Positions 25,014 through 35,913 of a stretch of DNA of 64,000 nt are shown here, piece by piece. The position numbers and the translations under genes are program-made. Within the stretch, counting starts at the first letter, position 1, and each line of letters starts with the position of its first letter. The notes below the pieces were generated by a model, which saw nothing but the letters and a program-made list of their open reading frames with translations, ran no database searches and had not been told where the DNA came from. Source of the stretch: Felis catus (taxonomy: Eukaryota); assembly GCF_018350175.1 (NCBI RefSeq), contig NC_058368.1:134914001-134978000 (forward strand), read 5' to 3'.

Positions 25014-25330
25014 AGACTTCCGTTCTAAAATGGCGAATGAAGCATGCATGTTTAACCACTCCCTTGCTTCTTAAGTTCTTATGGAAAAGACCAAATACAT
25101 ATTTCAGAATTTTTTTTAAAAAAACAAACTTTTAATCTGAAAAAGTGCAAAGTGCTATTAACAGGAAAGCAATTAGGAGGAATTTGGCAAAAGAGCATAA
25201 ATAGGAGCAGATAGATGGAAAAACTAACCAGCCCAAGTCTTACCCAGTTCAAGGAAAAGTCCAACTGTCCCTGTGCGAGAGTCTAGCAGAATCTCAAAAC
25301 ATCCTGGAACAGCAGGAGCTAGGGGCAAGC
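25014..25330 (+). mobile_element. Possible ancient L1/HAL1 5' end
   Basis: gacttccgttctaaaatggcg (L1-type start with YY1-like AAAATGGCG) followed by A-rich sequence. Confidence 0.35.
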
Positions 25331-26479
25331 CTGGGCAGTGGAATATCCGTGCCTGTAATGCAAGGTCTTTGCCAAAGCAGGTTCCCAATGGGGGTCACCC
25401 TGGCCCTTAGAGAAGGAGATAGGGGCCCAGCTAACTTCAGGTCACCGCAACAAACACAGGAAAAATAAAAATAATAAAACAGGAAAATAAAGAAAAGAAC
25501 CACGGGGGTTTGCAGAGATACCAAGAGCCTGGCTTTCTCCAACTGCATACACTTCTGAAGCCATTGTTAGAAACTTGTTAGAAAACACTTTTTCCAATCA
25601 TTTGCCAGGGGCTGCTGAGCAATTTTGTTCAATCAGGAAACAGTCTGAGCTTTGCTGATTATATGAAAAAGGCAAAACCATCCTAGACCGGAAGGTCTCT
25701 GGAACAGGAAGGGCCCTTTTGCCATCCAAAGGTGAAGGTCCGTGGACCTAGGGAAATGATTGAATTTTATTGATTTTCAATTGATGCAACATTGACAATG
25801 GCATCAAGTGGTGAAATTACACCCCTCAGCTCAGAGAATCTTGTGTCTCATTCCAGACTCATTGTTGAAGTTGACAAGTAAATGGGTTTCTGGTAAACAT
25901 TTATTTCATTTTCAATCTGGACATTAAATTGATGTGGCGCAATCATGTGAGGGTAATTGTAGGAGTCTGAAGGACCTTAAGTCTTGCAAAAGCCTAAATG
26001 TTTTAGAAAGCAGGCTGTTTCTTTTACTTTTGAATTGGCAGTAGATTGCTCAAGAGGAAAATGCATACCAAAGAATTGGATTCAATTCAATTCAAGAAAT
26101 ATGTATGTAGGTTTTCTGTGAGGCAAAATACAGAGCTTAAGGTCGAACTGATGGCATTTTCCTTCTCATTATCTCTCCATCGTCTCATTTAAATACCTTT
26201 TCATTAATTCGGTAAATTCCACAAGAGAGTTCTCTTGCTCCCAGGGGGCTAGCCTTTCCGCACTTCAGTTGCAAACAGCTCTTCACGACAGATGATTAAG
26301 TTTTATTTCCCCCTTGCTGAAGGATAGAGGTAAGGAGGGAAGCAATGATTCCTCTAAGATCTCTCAGCATCCCACATGGTCTTCCTTCTTCAAATTCATG
26401 AACTGCCCTTTCCGCATTCATTTCTCATCAAGAATGTTCTACAGCGAAACTCAAATTAAAATGTACCTTACAAAGAAGG

Positions 26480-26850
26480 GTGAGCCTTAAACCTCTGAGG
26501 CTCAGTGTCTTTTTCTGTAGCATGGGATTAATAATTCATGCCCAGGGGGATTATGTGAATAATTAATAAGATAATTAATAGGAACACACGTTTTAAAGCC
26601 ACAGCACCATAGGGGATGTAGGGGCAGAGTGAAATAGTGATGGAGAGAGCTCAGGCCAGGAACCCGGCAGCCCATGGCACTGTGTGACGCCGGTGAATTA
26701 TTTAACCTCTACGATGCTCAGCTTACCTATCTGTACATGGGGCTCTGAGCGCCCACTTCAGAGAGTTTTTGTGAGAATCGATGAGTTACTGGACATCAAG
26801 TTCTTAATGAATAGAGGCTAATATAAAAATAAAGGACGCTGTTATTATCA
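26480..26850 (+). mobile_element. Two tandem MIR fragments
   Basis: aacctctgaggctcagtgtctttttctgtagcatgggattaataat and ttatttaacctctacgatgctcagcttacctatctgtacatgggg. Confidence 0.65.
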
Positions 26851-28440
26851 CTTCAGCATTATCTCGTCATTTACAAGAGATTTTCCTAGGTCTCCGTGAA
26901 GTGATAACTTTTAATATATATTCGATGGCTTACTTGGGGGTGTGTGTGGATGTGCAAGAACACAGATCCAGACACAGAATGAAGTCTGCGCATTCGGTTG
27001 GGGTCTACATTTTACATGGAAGTAAGGGGAGAGTTCTTGGGTGGATTTCACATTATTAAGGAAAAGGCATTTAAACCGGAGGATGGGAGTGATTAAATAA
27101 GTATACAGTTCAACTCTGGACTAGGGAGAGGGGCATGTCATTTACAGCCTTATTTTAAGACTTTTTCCGTCCTGAGCTCCTACTGGCCCCAGGTCCTTAG
27201 CCTGTATCTTGAAAATATTGTTGTCTACCATCACCTCCTAAACTGGTTCAAGAGACGCTATTATCATCCCAGAAGAACTGGGAAAAGTTCTTACCCTTCC
27301 GAAGAGGGGTCTGCATTTGTGGGATGTGGGGCACAAGGACAGTCCGAGGAGGGGTTTTGCACACGACGGACGGGTGGCAGGATAGAAGAGCCGCCAGATG
27401 CTCAGGGCCAGATGAAGACTGTTGGAGGCCCTAAGCACAGACGAGATTTTGATACCCATCACACTGATATAAAATATTCATGCTAATCATCACATAAATA
27501 ATTCATACTAAACATTATATAAAACCACAAACTAGAAACACAGTGTCCACGTGAAGGCTGAAACAGAAATAAATTCATTCTACATTTCGTGATTTCAAAA
27601 TTCTAGGTAAGTTTACCCAAACTGAGGAACACAGTCTCTCTCTCTCTGCTCTCTCTGGCCAGGCTTTCTGTTTCCCTGAGCACATCCCGAGTCTCCCTGT
27701 TGGGCATCCGAACCCTGCCATCTCCACATCCTTTAGCCATGATAACCAGCCAGTTTATCTCCCCAACTGAGGATGCTCCTTGGGAACTGTTGGTGGCTGT
27801 GCCGCCAGAGCCATCCGATCTCCTTCCAGCTGTCTGTACCCTTCATGGGGCTCCACTTCACAGATGAAGGCAACTAACACCTCCCTCTTCAGTGTCCTGT
27901 CTGGAACGTGTTCTGTGTTGGGAAAAGCAACAGCAGAGTGGGTTCCTGGGAATCGCCTTCCTGCCTCTTTGGGAACTGAGCTGGAGGCCCCTTTCCACTG
28001 CGTGAGATTCAGCCCCTGCGCTCCAGGTTCTCCAACAGGGATGGCAGACGGAACCGTACGGTGGCAGAGAGCAGGGGCCTTGGAGGCACCAACACCTGGG
28101 CTTGCATCCAGCTCCAGGCACACGCCAGCCGGGGGAAGCCTGCCTCACTTTGCTGCCCGTTTCCCCACCCCCGTGCGAACGAATAGGAGAAGAGTATTTG
28201 TAAAGAGCAACTGCAGTGATATCGGTGGGCACCACCCCTGGCCCACACAAAACACTCAGTAAATGGTAGCATTTACTGCATAACAAGGCCAGGTCCTGTG
28301 ATTTTCAGACAGTGTCCATTCAACCTCTGCACCTTCCCTGTGATTCTCATGCACCTCGTGGTGGATCCCCTGGAGAAGCCAAGACTAGAGAACGACTTTC
28401 ACTGGCAGAAATAGTCCCCATCGGGGGGTGGGGGGGAGAG

Positions 28441-28645
28441 GGGGACGGGGTGGCTCCGTCAGTCAAGCGTCTGACTTTGGTTCAGGTCATGATCTCACGG
28501 CTTGTGAGTTTGAGCCCCACTGACAGCTCAGAGCCTGGAAACTGCCTCGGATTCTGTGTCTCCCTCGCTCTCTGCCCCTCTCCTACTCGTGCTCACTCTT
28601 GCGCTCTCTCAAAAATAAATAAAAACATTAAAAAATTGAAAAAAA
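28441..28645 (+). mobile_element. Felid CanSINE with internal deletion and G-rich 5' extension
   Basis: gagcccca joins ctgacagc directly (short deletion); imperfect TSD agaaatagt(c/g)ccca at 28407-28420 and 28646-28659. Confidence 0.9.
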
Positions 28646-28852
28646 AGAAATAGTGCCCAACGCTTCATTTCACCCACCCTTTCTTTATCCAATTTGTCAC
28701 CAAGTCAGGGCTAGATCCGAAGACACTCCTCGTCTCTAGATGAGGAGGAAATACAGCCTTGTTCTTCCCCAAGCTCTTAGAGGCCACCTAAGCTTTCCAA
28801 GGCCTGGAGGTTGAAGAAAGGCGACGGACCTCCAGACTGAAGTAGGATTTTC

Positions 28853-29080
28853 TTTTTTTTTTTTTAATTTTTTTTTTCAACGTTTATTTATTTTTGGGAC
28901 AGAGAGAGACAGAGCATGAACGGGGGAGGGGCAGAGAGAGAGGGAGACACAGAATCGGAAACAGGCTCCAGGCTCTGAGCCATCAGCCCAGAGCCCGACG
29001 CGGGGCTCGAACTCACGGACCGCGAGATCGTGACCTGGCTGAAGTCGGACGCTTAACCGACTGCGCCACCCAGGTGCCCC
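28853..29080 (-). mobile_element. Young felid SINE (SINEC_Fc)
   Basis: Near-consensus; perfect 16-bp TSD ctgaagtaggattttc at 28837-28852 and 29081-29096. Confidence 0.98.
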
Positions 29081-29214
29081 CTGAAGTAGGATTTTCAAAC
29101 TAAATCCATTTTATAGAAAGAATTGCCTGATGGGTGAGAAAGGCTAATTAGACTGAGAGTGGAAATGGTGCCTCTGGCAGTTTTGGGCCTGTGGCCTTTG
29201 TTAAACAGGTCCCT

Positions 29215-29248
29215 AAACAAACAAACAAACAAACAAACAAACAAACAA
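29215..29248. repeat. (AAAC)n microsatellite
   Basis: Seen directly. Confidence 0.95.
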
Positions 29249-29348
29249 GGTACAAACTCAGGTAATACCCATCAGCATTTAGATTTTTCCTCAATTGTAA
29301 AGTGTCAATTTCACAGTTAAGCAGCTGTTTTAAAAATATGTATAAATT

Positions 29349-29569
29349 GGGGCGCCTGGGTGGCTTAGTCAGTTGAGCATTTGACTTCGGCTCAGGTCAT
29401 GATCTCACAGTTCGTGGGTTCGAGTCCCGCGTCAGGTTCTGTGCTGACAGCTCAGAGCCTGGAGCCTGCTTCAGATTCTGTGTCTTCCTCTCTCTCTGCC
29501 CCTGCCCTGCTCATGCTCTGTCTCTTTCTCTCTTCCAAAAATAAATAAAAACATTAAAAAATTTTTTTT
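29349..29569 (+). mobile_element. Felid CanSINE
   Basis: ggggcgcctgggtggcttagtcag head; TSD aaatatg(t/c)ataaat. Confidence 0.95.
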
Positions 29570-29681
29570 AAATATGCATAAATGAAATCTAGAGCATTTT
29601 GCATCCCACCTAGGGACTAGACTGATTCTCACTTACTTGTTCCCTTGAAGTCAGAGATAGTACAATTTCACTGACCCCAGT

Positions 29682-29879
29682 GGGGGGCTGCTTCAGCGGC
29701 TTGTGACCTGTGCAGTCCCACAGAGCCCGGAGCTTCGAGCGGCCCCGCACCTGGTTTAACGTTCTGCTGTCTGAACATTAAATTCTTCATAATTATTGCT
29801 ACATTCTAGATAATTTTCAAGCAAGAAACCTTTCATTTTCATTTTGCACTGGGCTTCACAAATTATGTAGCTGGTCCTG
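29682..29879 (+). mobile_element. MER91A-like hAT-Tip100 DNA transposon
   Basis: gtgacctgtgcagtcccacagagccc...tggtttaa...cattttcattttgcactggg...caaattatgtagctggtcctg. Confidence 0.8.
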
Positions 29880-30464
29880 GCCCCAGTGCCTAGCCCTTTG
29901 CCTAGATAATAGATGCTTATTCACTACTAGGAGAAAATGAATTATCAATAATGTAATCCACTCTCTAACTCTTCACTAGCAGTATGTTCAAACCACGGTC
30001 CACAAAGCCTTCGAAACCCTCTTTTGTCAGATTACCTGCACAAAGGCAATTATTAAGCCTAAAGGTTATAGCTGAGACTTCAAAACTGAACTTGATACAT
30101 GAAATCCCAGCTACCAGCAGATTTCCTCCCAAACAGGAACAATTTACAAGTTCTCCATTTGCCTGCTAGTGATAGCTTCCACTTTTGAAAGTCTCAAAGG
30201 AATAACAGGTCAAAGTGTTGGGTACAGACTCTTCCAAGGCAGCGTGCTGCAGTTATCAAGGTGATGCCATTAAATCTTGAGGAGCAAATATTCAGATCTC
30301 ATTCAAAATAGGTTCTCAGGGGGAACTGCCCTTTACACAACAATTGATTTTTCTAAAGTGAATTACCTCTCAGTGTATGTTAAATAAAACATTCTTGTTT
30401 GGAAACAAGGTGGTGCTGAACGGGGTGATTGTAATGTCTTACAGCTAAGGGTGATCAAAAACTA

Positions 30465-30640
30465 TATATAACATGAAAGGCACAGCATAGGGAATAGTGC
30501 AATAGCATTGCAAGGTGACAGATGGTAGCTGCCCTTGGGTTGATCACAGCATAACCTATAAACTTGTCGAATCATTATGTTGTACACCGGAAACCAACGT
30601 GATGTTTAAAGTCAACTGTAAGTCAACAAATAAAATTAAT
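30465..30640 (+). mobile_element. Carnivore L1 3' end fragment
   Basis: acagcatagggaatag...ggtgacagatggtagct...ttgtcgaatcattatgttgtacaccggaaacc. Confidence 0.75.
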
Positions 30641-31902
30641 TAACCAACGAACTAAAAACATAATACAAATAACACCTTTTCCATTAAAGAAAAAAATGTG
30701 TGACACTCCTTCTCTGCATCTCTTCTTGTATCTACCTGTGGACTTGATCATTGACAGGTGCCAGCATCCTCTCTCAGACCAGGCAGTCACTGAAAGGTTT
30801 CAGAGCACAGGCAATAGCATAGGAATCGACTGCGACATAAATACAACCAGCCACAGCGAAGGCCAAAGGGGAAAGGAAGGGAGAGCAGTAAGACTCTGGA
30901 TTTTAATAGCTAATTCAGGAATCATGTCGGATCACAACGTGGCCTGTGCTCACGAGACCAACATGAAGGATCGCAGCCAGGGGAATATTGGATCGTGCTG
31001 TGCCGGAAGTATAGAGTATGTCGCTCCTGAAAGAGTCTTTTTCCAGATGGATTTAACTTGGAGGCTGTTCCCAGCCTCCCAGCCAAAAGCCGAAGCACAG
31101 GATGTAGTTCCCTCAGCTAGAACATGAACACAAGTAAGTGGCGGGGGGTGGGGCTGGGTAGTAAAGGAAATACCATACAGGGGCAAAAACTATATTGTAT
31201 GGAACCTGAACTGTGGATAGAAAGACAAATGTCTCTGAAATTGGTGTCAAAGCCTGAGAGAAAGGAAATGTCACGTGGCCAGAAAGGATAAAGATAGGTA
31301 AGCAAAGGATGCAGACCAGGCAAGGTATGAGATAGCTTTACAGCCACAGTTTGCTTGCTGCGGGTTCTCACCAACCACGAGGTGAAGTGAGGGTTAACGA
31401 AGCACATTATTTCATTTGTAGTTTGTTGGGGATCCTTCGGGTCACAAGTGACTAAATTGCATGTGGTTCTCAGTCCACCACAGCAGACGACCTAAAATTT
31501 AGTAATAAACGTTTGTGTCCCAAAGTTGCTTGGCCACCTCTTACCACAGGGACATAGAGCGTGGCCAACTTCTTCCCCCTGGGCTCCCCCCGGACTCCCC
31601 CTGTTCCCATGTAGTGGACCCCCCCACACCAGTTCCACTGCCCTCTCCTGTTTTAATCTCAGCCCCTTCCTACTGCTTACTCAGGAGCTCCCAAAGGCCC
31701 ACTCCCAAATTCCTTTGCCTTTTCTTGGTCTAAATGTCTTCTATCTAGGTTATGTCCAGGGGGGAGGCCGTAACTTTCAAAGTGAAGCAGGCCCCTTCAG
31801 GTGTCTTCCTAAACTAATAGTGAAGTCTTACTCCAAGAGGAATATGACCTTTCCCTTGAACTGGCCATTCAACTCTTGGTGGCTTTTTAAAAAGAATTTC
31901 TT

Positions 31903-32123
31903 GGGGTGCCTGGGTGGCTCAGTCGGTTAAGCCTCCGACTTCAGCTCAGGTCACGATCTCACGGTCCGTGAGTTCGAGCCCCGCGTCGGGCTCTGGGCTG
32001 ATGGCTCAGAGCCTGGAGCCTGCTTCTGATTCTGTGTCTCCCTCTCTCTCTGCCCCTCCCCCATTCATGCTCTGTCTCTCTCTGTCTCAAAAATAAATAA
32101 ACGTTAAAAAAAAATTTTTTTTT
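31903..32123 (+). mobile_element. Fairly young felid SINE
   Basis: Near-consensus; TSD aaagaatttctt at 31891-31902 and 32124-32135. Confidence 0.96.
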
Positions 32124-32135
32124 AAAGAATTTCTT

Positions 32136-32345
32136 GGGGCACCTGGGTGGTTTAGTCAGTTAAGCCTCGGACTCTTTAATTTCAGCCCAGGTCATGATCT
32201 CACAGTTCATGGGATCAAGCCCCACATCTGGCTCTGTGCTGACAGTGGGGGACCTGCTTGGGGTTCTGTCTCCCTCTCTCTCTGCCCTTCCCCTGCTCAT
32301 GTTCTCTCTCACTCAAAGTAAATAAATAAAACTTAAAAATTAATA
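32136..32345 (+). mobile_element. Older CanSINE
   Basis: ggggcacctgggtggtttagtcag head; aaaagaattttt after the tail repeats the same target sequence. Confidence 0.92.
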
Positions 32346-33130
32346 CATAAAAAGAATTTTTCCCCTACTTTACAAATTGCTATGTCACTAAATATTCCTC
32401 TAAAATAGTTTTAAGTGGTGGCATACAATTCAGTCCCATCGATGTGACACTTTTAAAATACAATGCTCTGTTGTGGGATGTTTTATTTTGTGTAAGTTCT
32501 TTAATATTGGGCTAAAAAAGAGATTTCTCTCTGTTTATGCATGTATGATTGTTTCATTATTATAACTACAATGAAATAGAATTATATAAAAATTATAAAT
32601 TTAAAGCATATAATTCTGAAGGTTCCTATCTGTATTTTAAATAACTCACCGAAAGCTTCACAAATGCATAAAAGGCCTGTGTTCCTGCAACCTTAGCCCC
32701 TTAGTGCCTAAGTATTAAAAAAAAAATGTTTAGAGTATTAGAATTATTAAAGATTTTCATAAAAATAATTAAATTACCAGATAGTTAATGGTCATAAACA
32801 GCCTATCTCTTGCTTGAGGTTTAAAGAAATACGAAAAATTAAAACTTGACAGAAGGAGTTTCCTAAGGCTCTCATGAATAAATCATTTCAAGTTCATTCC
32901 TTGCTGTTGATATCTGTGGCTGACATCAGCCTCAAGGTAACTGTGATTTGACATATTTTATACAGTGGGGTCTAATGGGTCCAAAACTTCTAAAAATGAA
33001 AGCATTACAAGGGTTTTGTTATCAAAAAAGCTTCATTTGAGCTAGTAGTCTCATCCATTTACATTAAGGCAATATTATTTGGAAGGACTATGAATCAACA
33101 CTGCAAATATATACAGGCATATACTGTATC

Positions 33131-33344
33131 TATTTATTTTTGATTTCTTTAATGTTTATTTTTGAGAGAGAGACAGAGAGTGAATGGAGGAGGGGCAGAG
33201 AGAGAGGGAGACACAGAATTGGAAGCAGGCTCTAGGCTCTGAGCTATAAGCACAGAGCCCGATGCAGGGCTCGAACCCACAAACCACGAGATCACGACCT
33301 GATCCAAAGTCAGACACTTAACTGACTGAACCACCCAGGAGCCC
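33131..33344 (-). mobile_element. Felid CanSINE
   Basis: Antisense SINE ending ccacccaggagcccc. Confidence 0.93.
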
Positions 33345-33871
33345 CTGTCTTTAAAAATATACTCTGGCAACTACCACACAATAACCAAATCTGCCTTAGT
33401 GAGGCTGGTCAAATCATGCTTATAAGATGTTTTTAACTTCACAGTAATTACGTGAGTATTTTCTTTTAAAGATATTAAATGTTACACACAGGAGACTTTG
33501 ACTTCCAGCAATTATAAAGTAACATGTGTCAGACTAATCTGACACTTAAGCTTGATCTTTCTGAGCAAATCTCCAGTAGCCAATAAAGAACACTTGTTAA
33601 GACTGACTACTTGTTAGGCCATAATGCAAGTCTCAACAAATTTGAAAGGACTGAAAAGACTATAGATTATATTCTTTGACTTTAGAGGAATTCAGCTAGA
33701 AGTCAGTCACAAAAAAATCACTAATAAAGTCTCCAACTTGAATATTAAACAATAAACTTCTAAATATTTCATGGATCTAAATAAGAAATCACCAAGGAAA
33801 TTAGAAAATGTTTTGAATGAAGTGAGAATGGAAACATACTTCATATTAACACTCTTGTGTCAGGTTAGAGC

Positions 33872-34399
33872 CTGTTTCAGCTAGCTTTTGCTGTGTAACA
33901 AATCATTCCAAAACTTAGTAGCTTGCAGGGAAGCATTTTATTTATATCAAGATTCTATGGGTTGGCTGGGTAATTCTTCTGTTCTGGCTCAACTGATGTT
34001 GTTGGACTGCCTTGTATCTATTATCAGACAGAGGTTGGGGAGTATGGAAGATCTAGAATAGCCTTACATTATTTGGCAGTTGGTAGGCTTTCAGCCAGGA
34101 TGCCTTAGTTCTTTCCTGTGCGGCCTTTTACCCTCCAGCAAACTAGCTTGCTCTCATTCACATGGTGTTCTCGAGTTTCCAAGCACAACAAGTGAGGACA
34201 AGCTCCAATGCTCAAAAGCTTTCCAAGCTTATGTTTGTTTTATATTTGCTAACATCTCTTGACTAAAGCAAGTCACATGGCCAAACCTAGACTCAAGGGT
34301 GGAGATACCTCTTGATGGAAAAAACTCTAAATTATATTACAATAGGTCATGCTGACAGAGATAGGAAAAAAATTGTGGTCATTTTTGCAATCTATTACA
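33872..34399 (-). mobile_element. MaLR solo LTR (MLT1F/G/H-like) inserted in the L1
   Basis: tgtttcagctagcttttgctgtgtaacaaatcattccaaaacttagt start; aaagcaagtcacatggccaa; ...gcaatctattaca end. Confidence 0.8.
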
Positions 34400-34623
34400 T
34401 AGCCTACGCAGTGCTCAGAAAAAAAAATGTATCTTTAAATACATTAGCAAAGAAGAATGATTTGAGTTTTTATCTCAAGAAGCTGGAAAAGGAACAGCAA
34501 ATTAAACCCAAAGAACATAGAAAGAAGGCAATAAAAAGTAAAAATCAATGGTACAGAAAACAAACATACAATAGGGAAATTCAACAGACCTGAAGTTTTT
34601 TCTTTAAAAATATTGAAAAAATT

Positions 34624-34842
34624 GGGGCGCCTGGGTGGCTCGGTTGGTTAAGCGCCCGACTTCAGCTCAGGTCATGATCTCGTGGTCCTTGTGTTGGAGC
34701 CCTGCATTGGCTCTGTGCTGACAGCTGGGGGCCTGGAGCCTGTTTTGGATGCTGTGTCTCCCTCCCTCTCTGCCCCTCCCCCACTCATGCTCTGTCTCTC
34801 TCTGTCTCTCAAACACAAATAAATGTTAACAAAAATTGTTTT
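34624..34842 (+). mobile_element. Felid CanSINE in the L1
   Basis: TSD aaatattgaaaaaattg at 34608-34624 and 34843-34859. Confidence 0.95.
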
Positions 34843-35508
34843 AAATATTGAAAAAATTGATTGACTTTGTTTAGCAAGCAAAAAGAAAACACATACATCA
34901 ATAAAAAGAGTAAAATAGGGAACATCACTACAGATTGTGCATATGGTACAAAGAGGAGAGTATTTATGAAGAGGTGTTTGCTGATACATGCGAAAATTTA
35001 GATAAATGGTAAAATTCACTGAAAAAATATAACATTTAAAAAGACACCAGAAGAAATAGAAAATCCTTTATTAAAGAAAAGGTCTTTGTATTAAAATACT
35101 TTTCCACAGAGAAAACTCTAGACCCACATGGCTTCAACAGTGAATTCTTCCACATATCTAAGGAATAATACCAATCGTACATAACCATTTCCAAAGAACA
35201 GAAAAACAGTTGACACTCCCCAACTGGTTTAATGAGACCACCAAACCCTCATTTCAAAAACTCAGGAGAACAATACAAAGAAAAACCAACGCATTTTTCT
35301 AAGTTTGAAAAACTTAGAAAATCAGTCAATGAAATTAACCACGTTAATGGGATAAAGGAGAAAAGTCATAATTATTTTGCTAGATGTAAAACAGAATTTG
35401 ACAAGATTTAATCTCACTTATTATTAATTTTTTTTTTTCTGGGCAAGAATAGAGAGACTTCCTTAACTTCATAAAGTATACATTTTTACAAATCTACTTG
35501 AAACTTCT

Positions 35509-35620
35509 GGGGTGCCTGGCTGGCTCAGTTGGTGGAATGTGACACTCTAGATCTCAGGGTTGTGAGTTCAAGCCCCATGTTGGGTATAGAGATTACTTAA
35601 AAAATAAAATCTTTTAAAAA
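35509..35620 (+). mobile_element. Short old CanSINE (SINEC_old-like) in the L1
   Basis: ggggtgcctggctggctcagttgg...tagagattacttaaaaaataaaatc; imperfect TSD aaa(t/c)ctac(t/a)tgaaacttc. Confidence 0.88.
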
Positions 35621-35677
35621 AAACCTACATGAAACTTCATACTTAATAGTAAAATTAGTTTTTAAAAAAGTAATCCT

Positions 35678-35913
35678 GGGGCACCTGGGTGGCTCAGTTG
35701 GTTAAGCATCTGACTTTGGCTCAGGTCATGATCCCACAGTTCATGTGCTCAAGCCCCGCATCGGGCTCTCTGCTGACAGCTCGGAGCCTGGAGCCTGCTT
35801 CAGATTCTGTGTCTCCCTCTCTCTCTGCACCTCCCCCACTCAGCTCGCTCGTGCTCTCTCTCTCTCTCTCTCTCTCTCTGTCTATCTCTGTCTCAAAATA
35901 AATAAACATTAAA
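35678..35913 (+). mobile_element. Felid CanSINE in the L1
   Basis: TSD aaaaaagtaatcctg at 35664-35678 and 35914-35928. Confidence 0.95.

Noticed and set aside
28877..29103. Recurrent ORFs such as GAPGWRSRLSVRLQPGHDLAVREFEP (also 62168-62470) that look like a gene family
   Set aside because: Translations of SINEC_Fc copies
30990..31035. Kinase subdomain VIII-like peptide CAGSIEYVAPER in ORF 30696-31127
   Set aside because: No upstream DFG or HRD, no downstream DxWSxG, and no splice acceptor bounding it; most likely a chance match (a Pfam Pkinase HMM hit would overturn this)
34312..34593. ORF with L1 ORF2-like peptide (also 59466-59705)
   Set aside because: Short fragments of dead LINE-1 with many stops and frameshifts; recorded as mobile elements, not CDS
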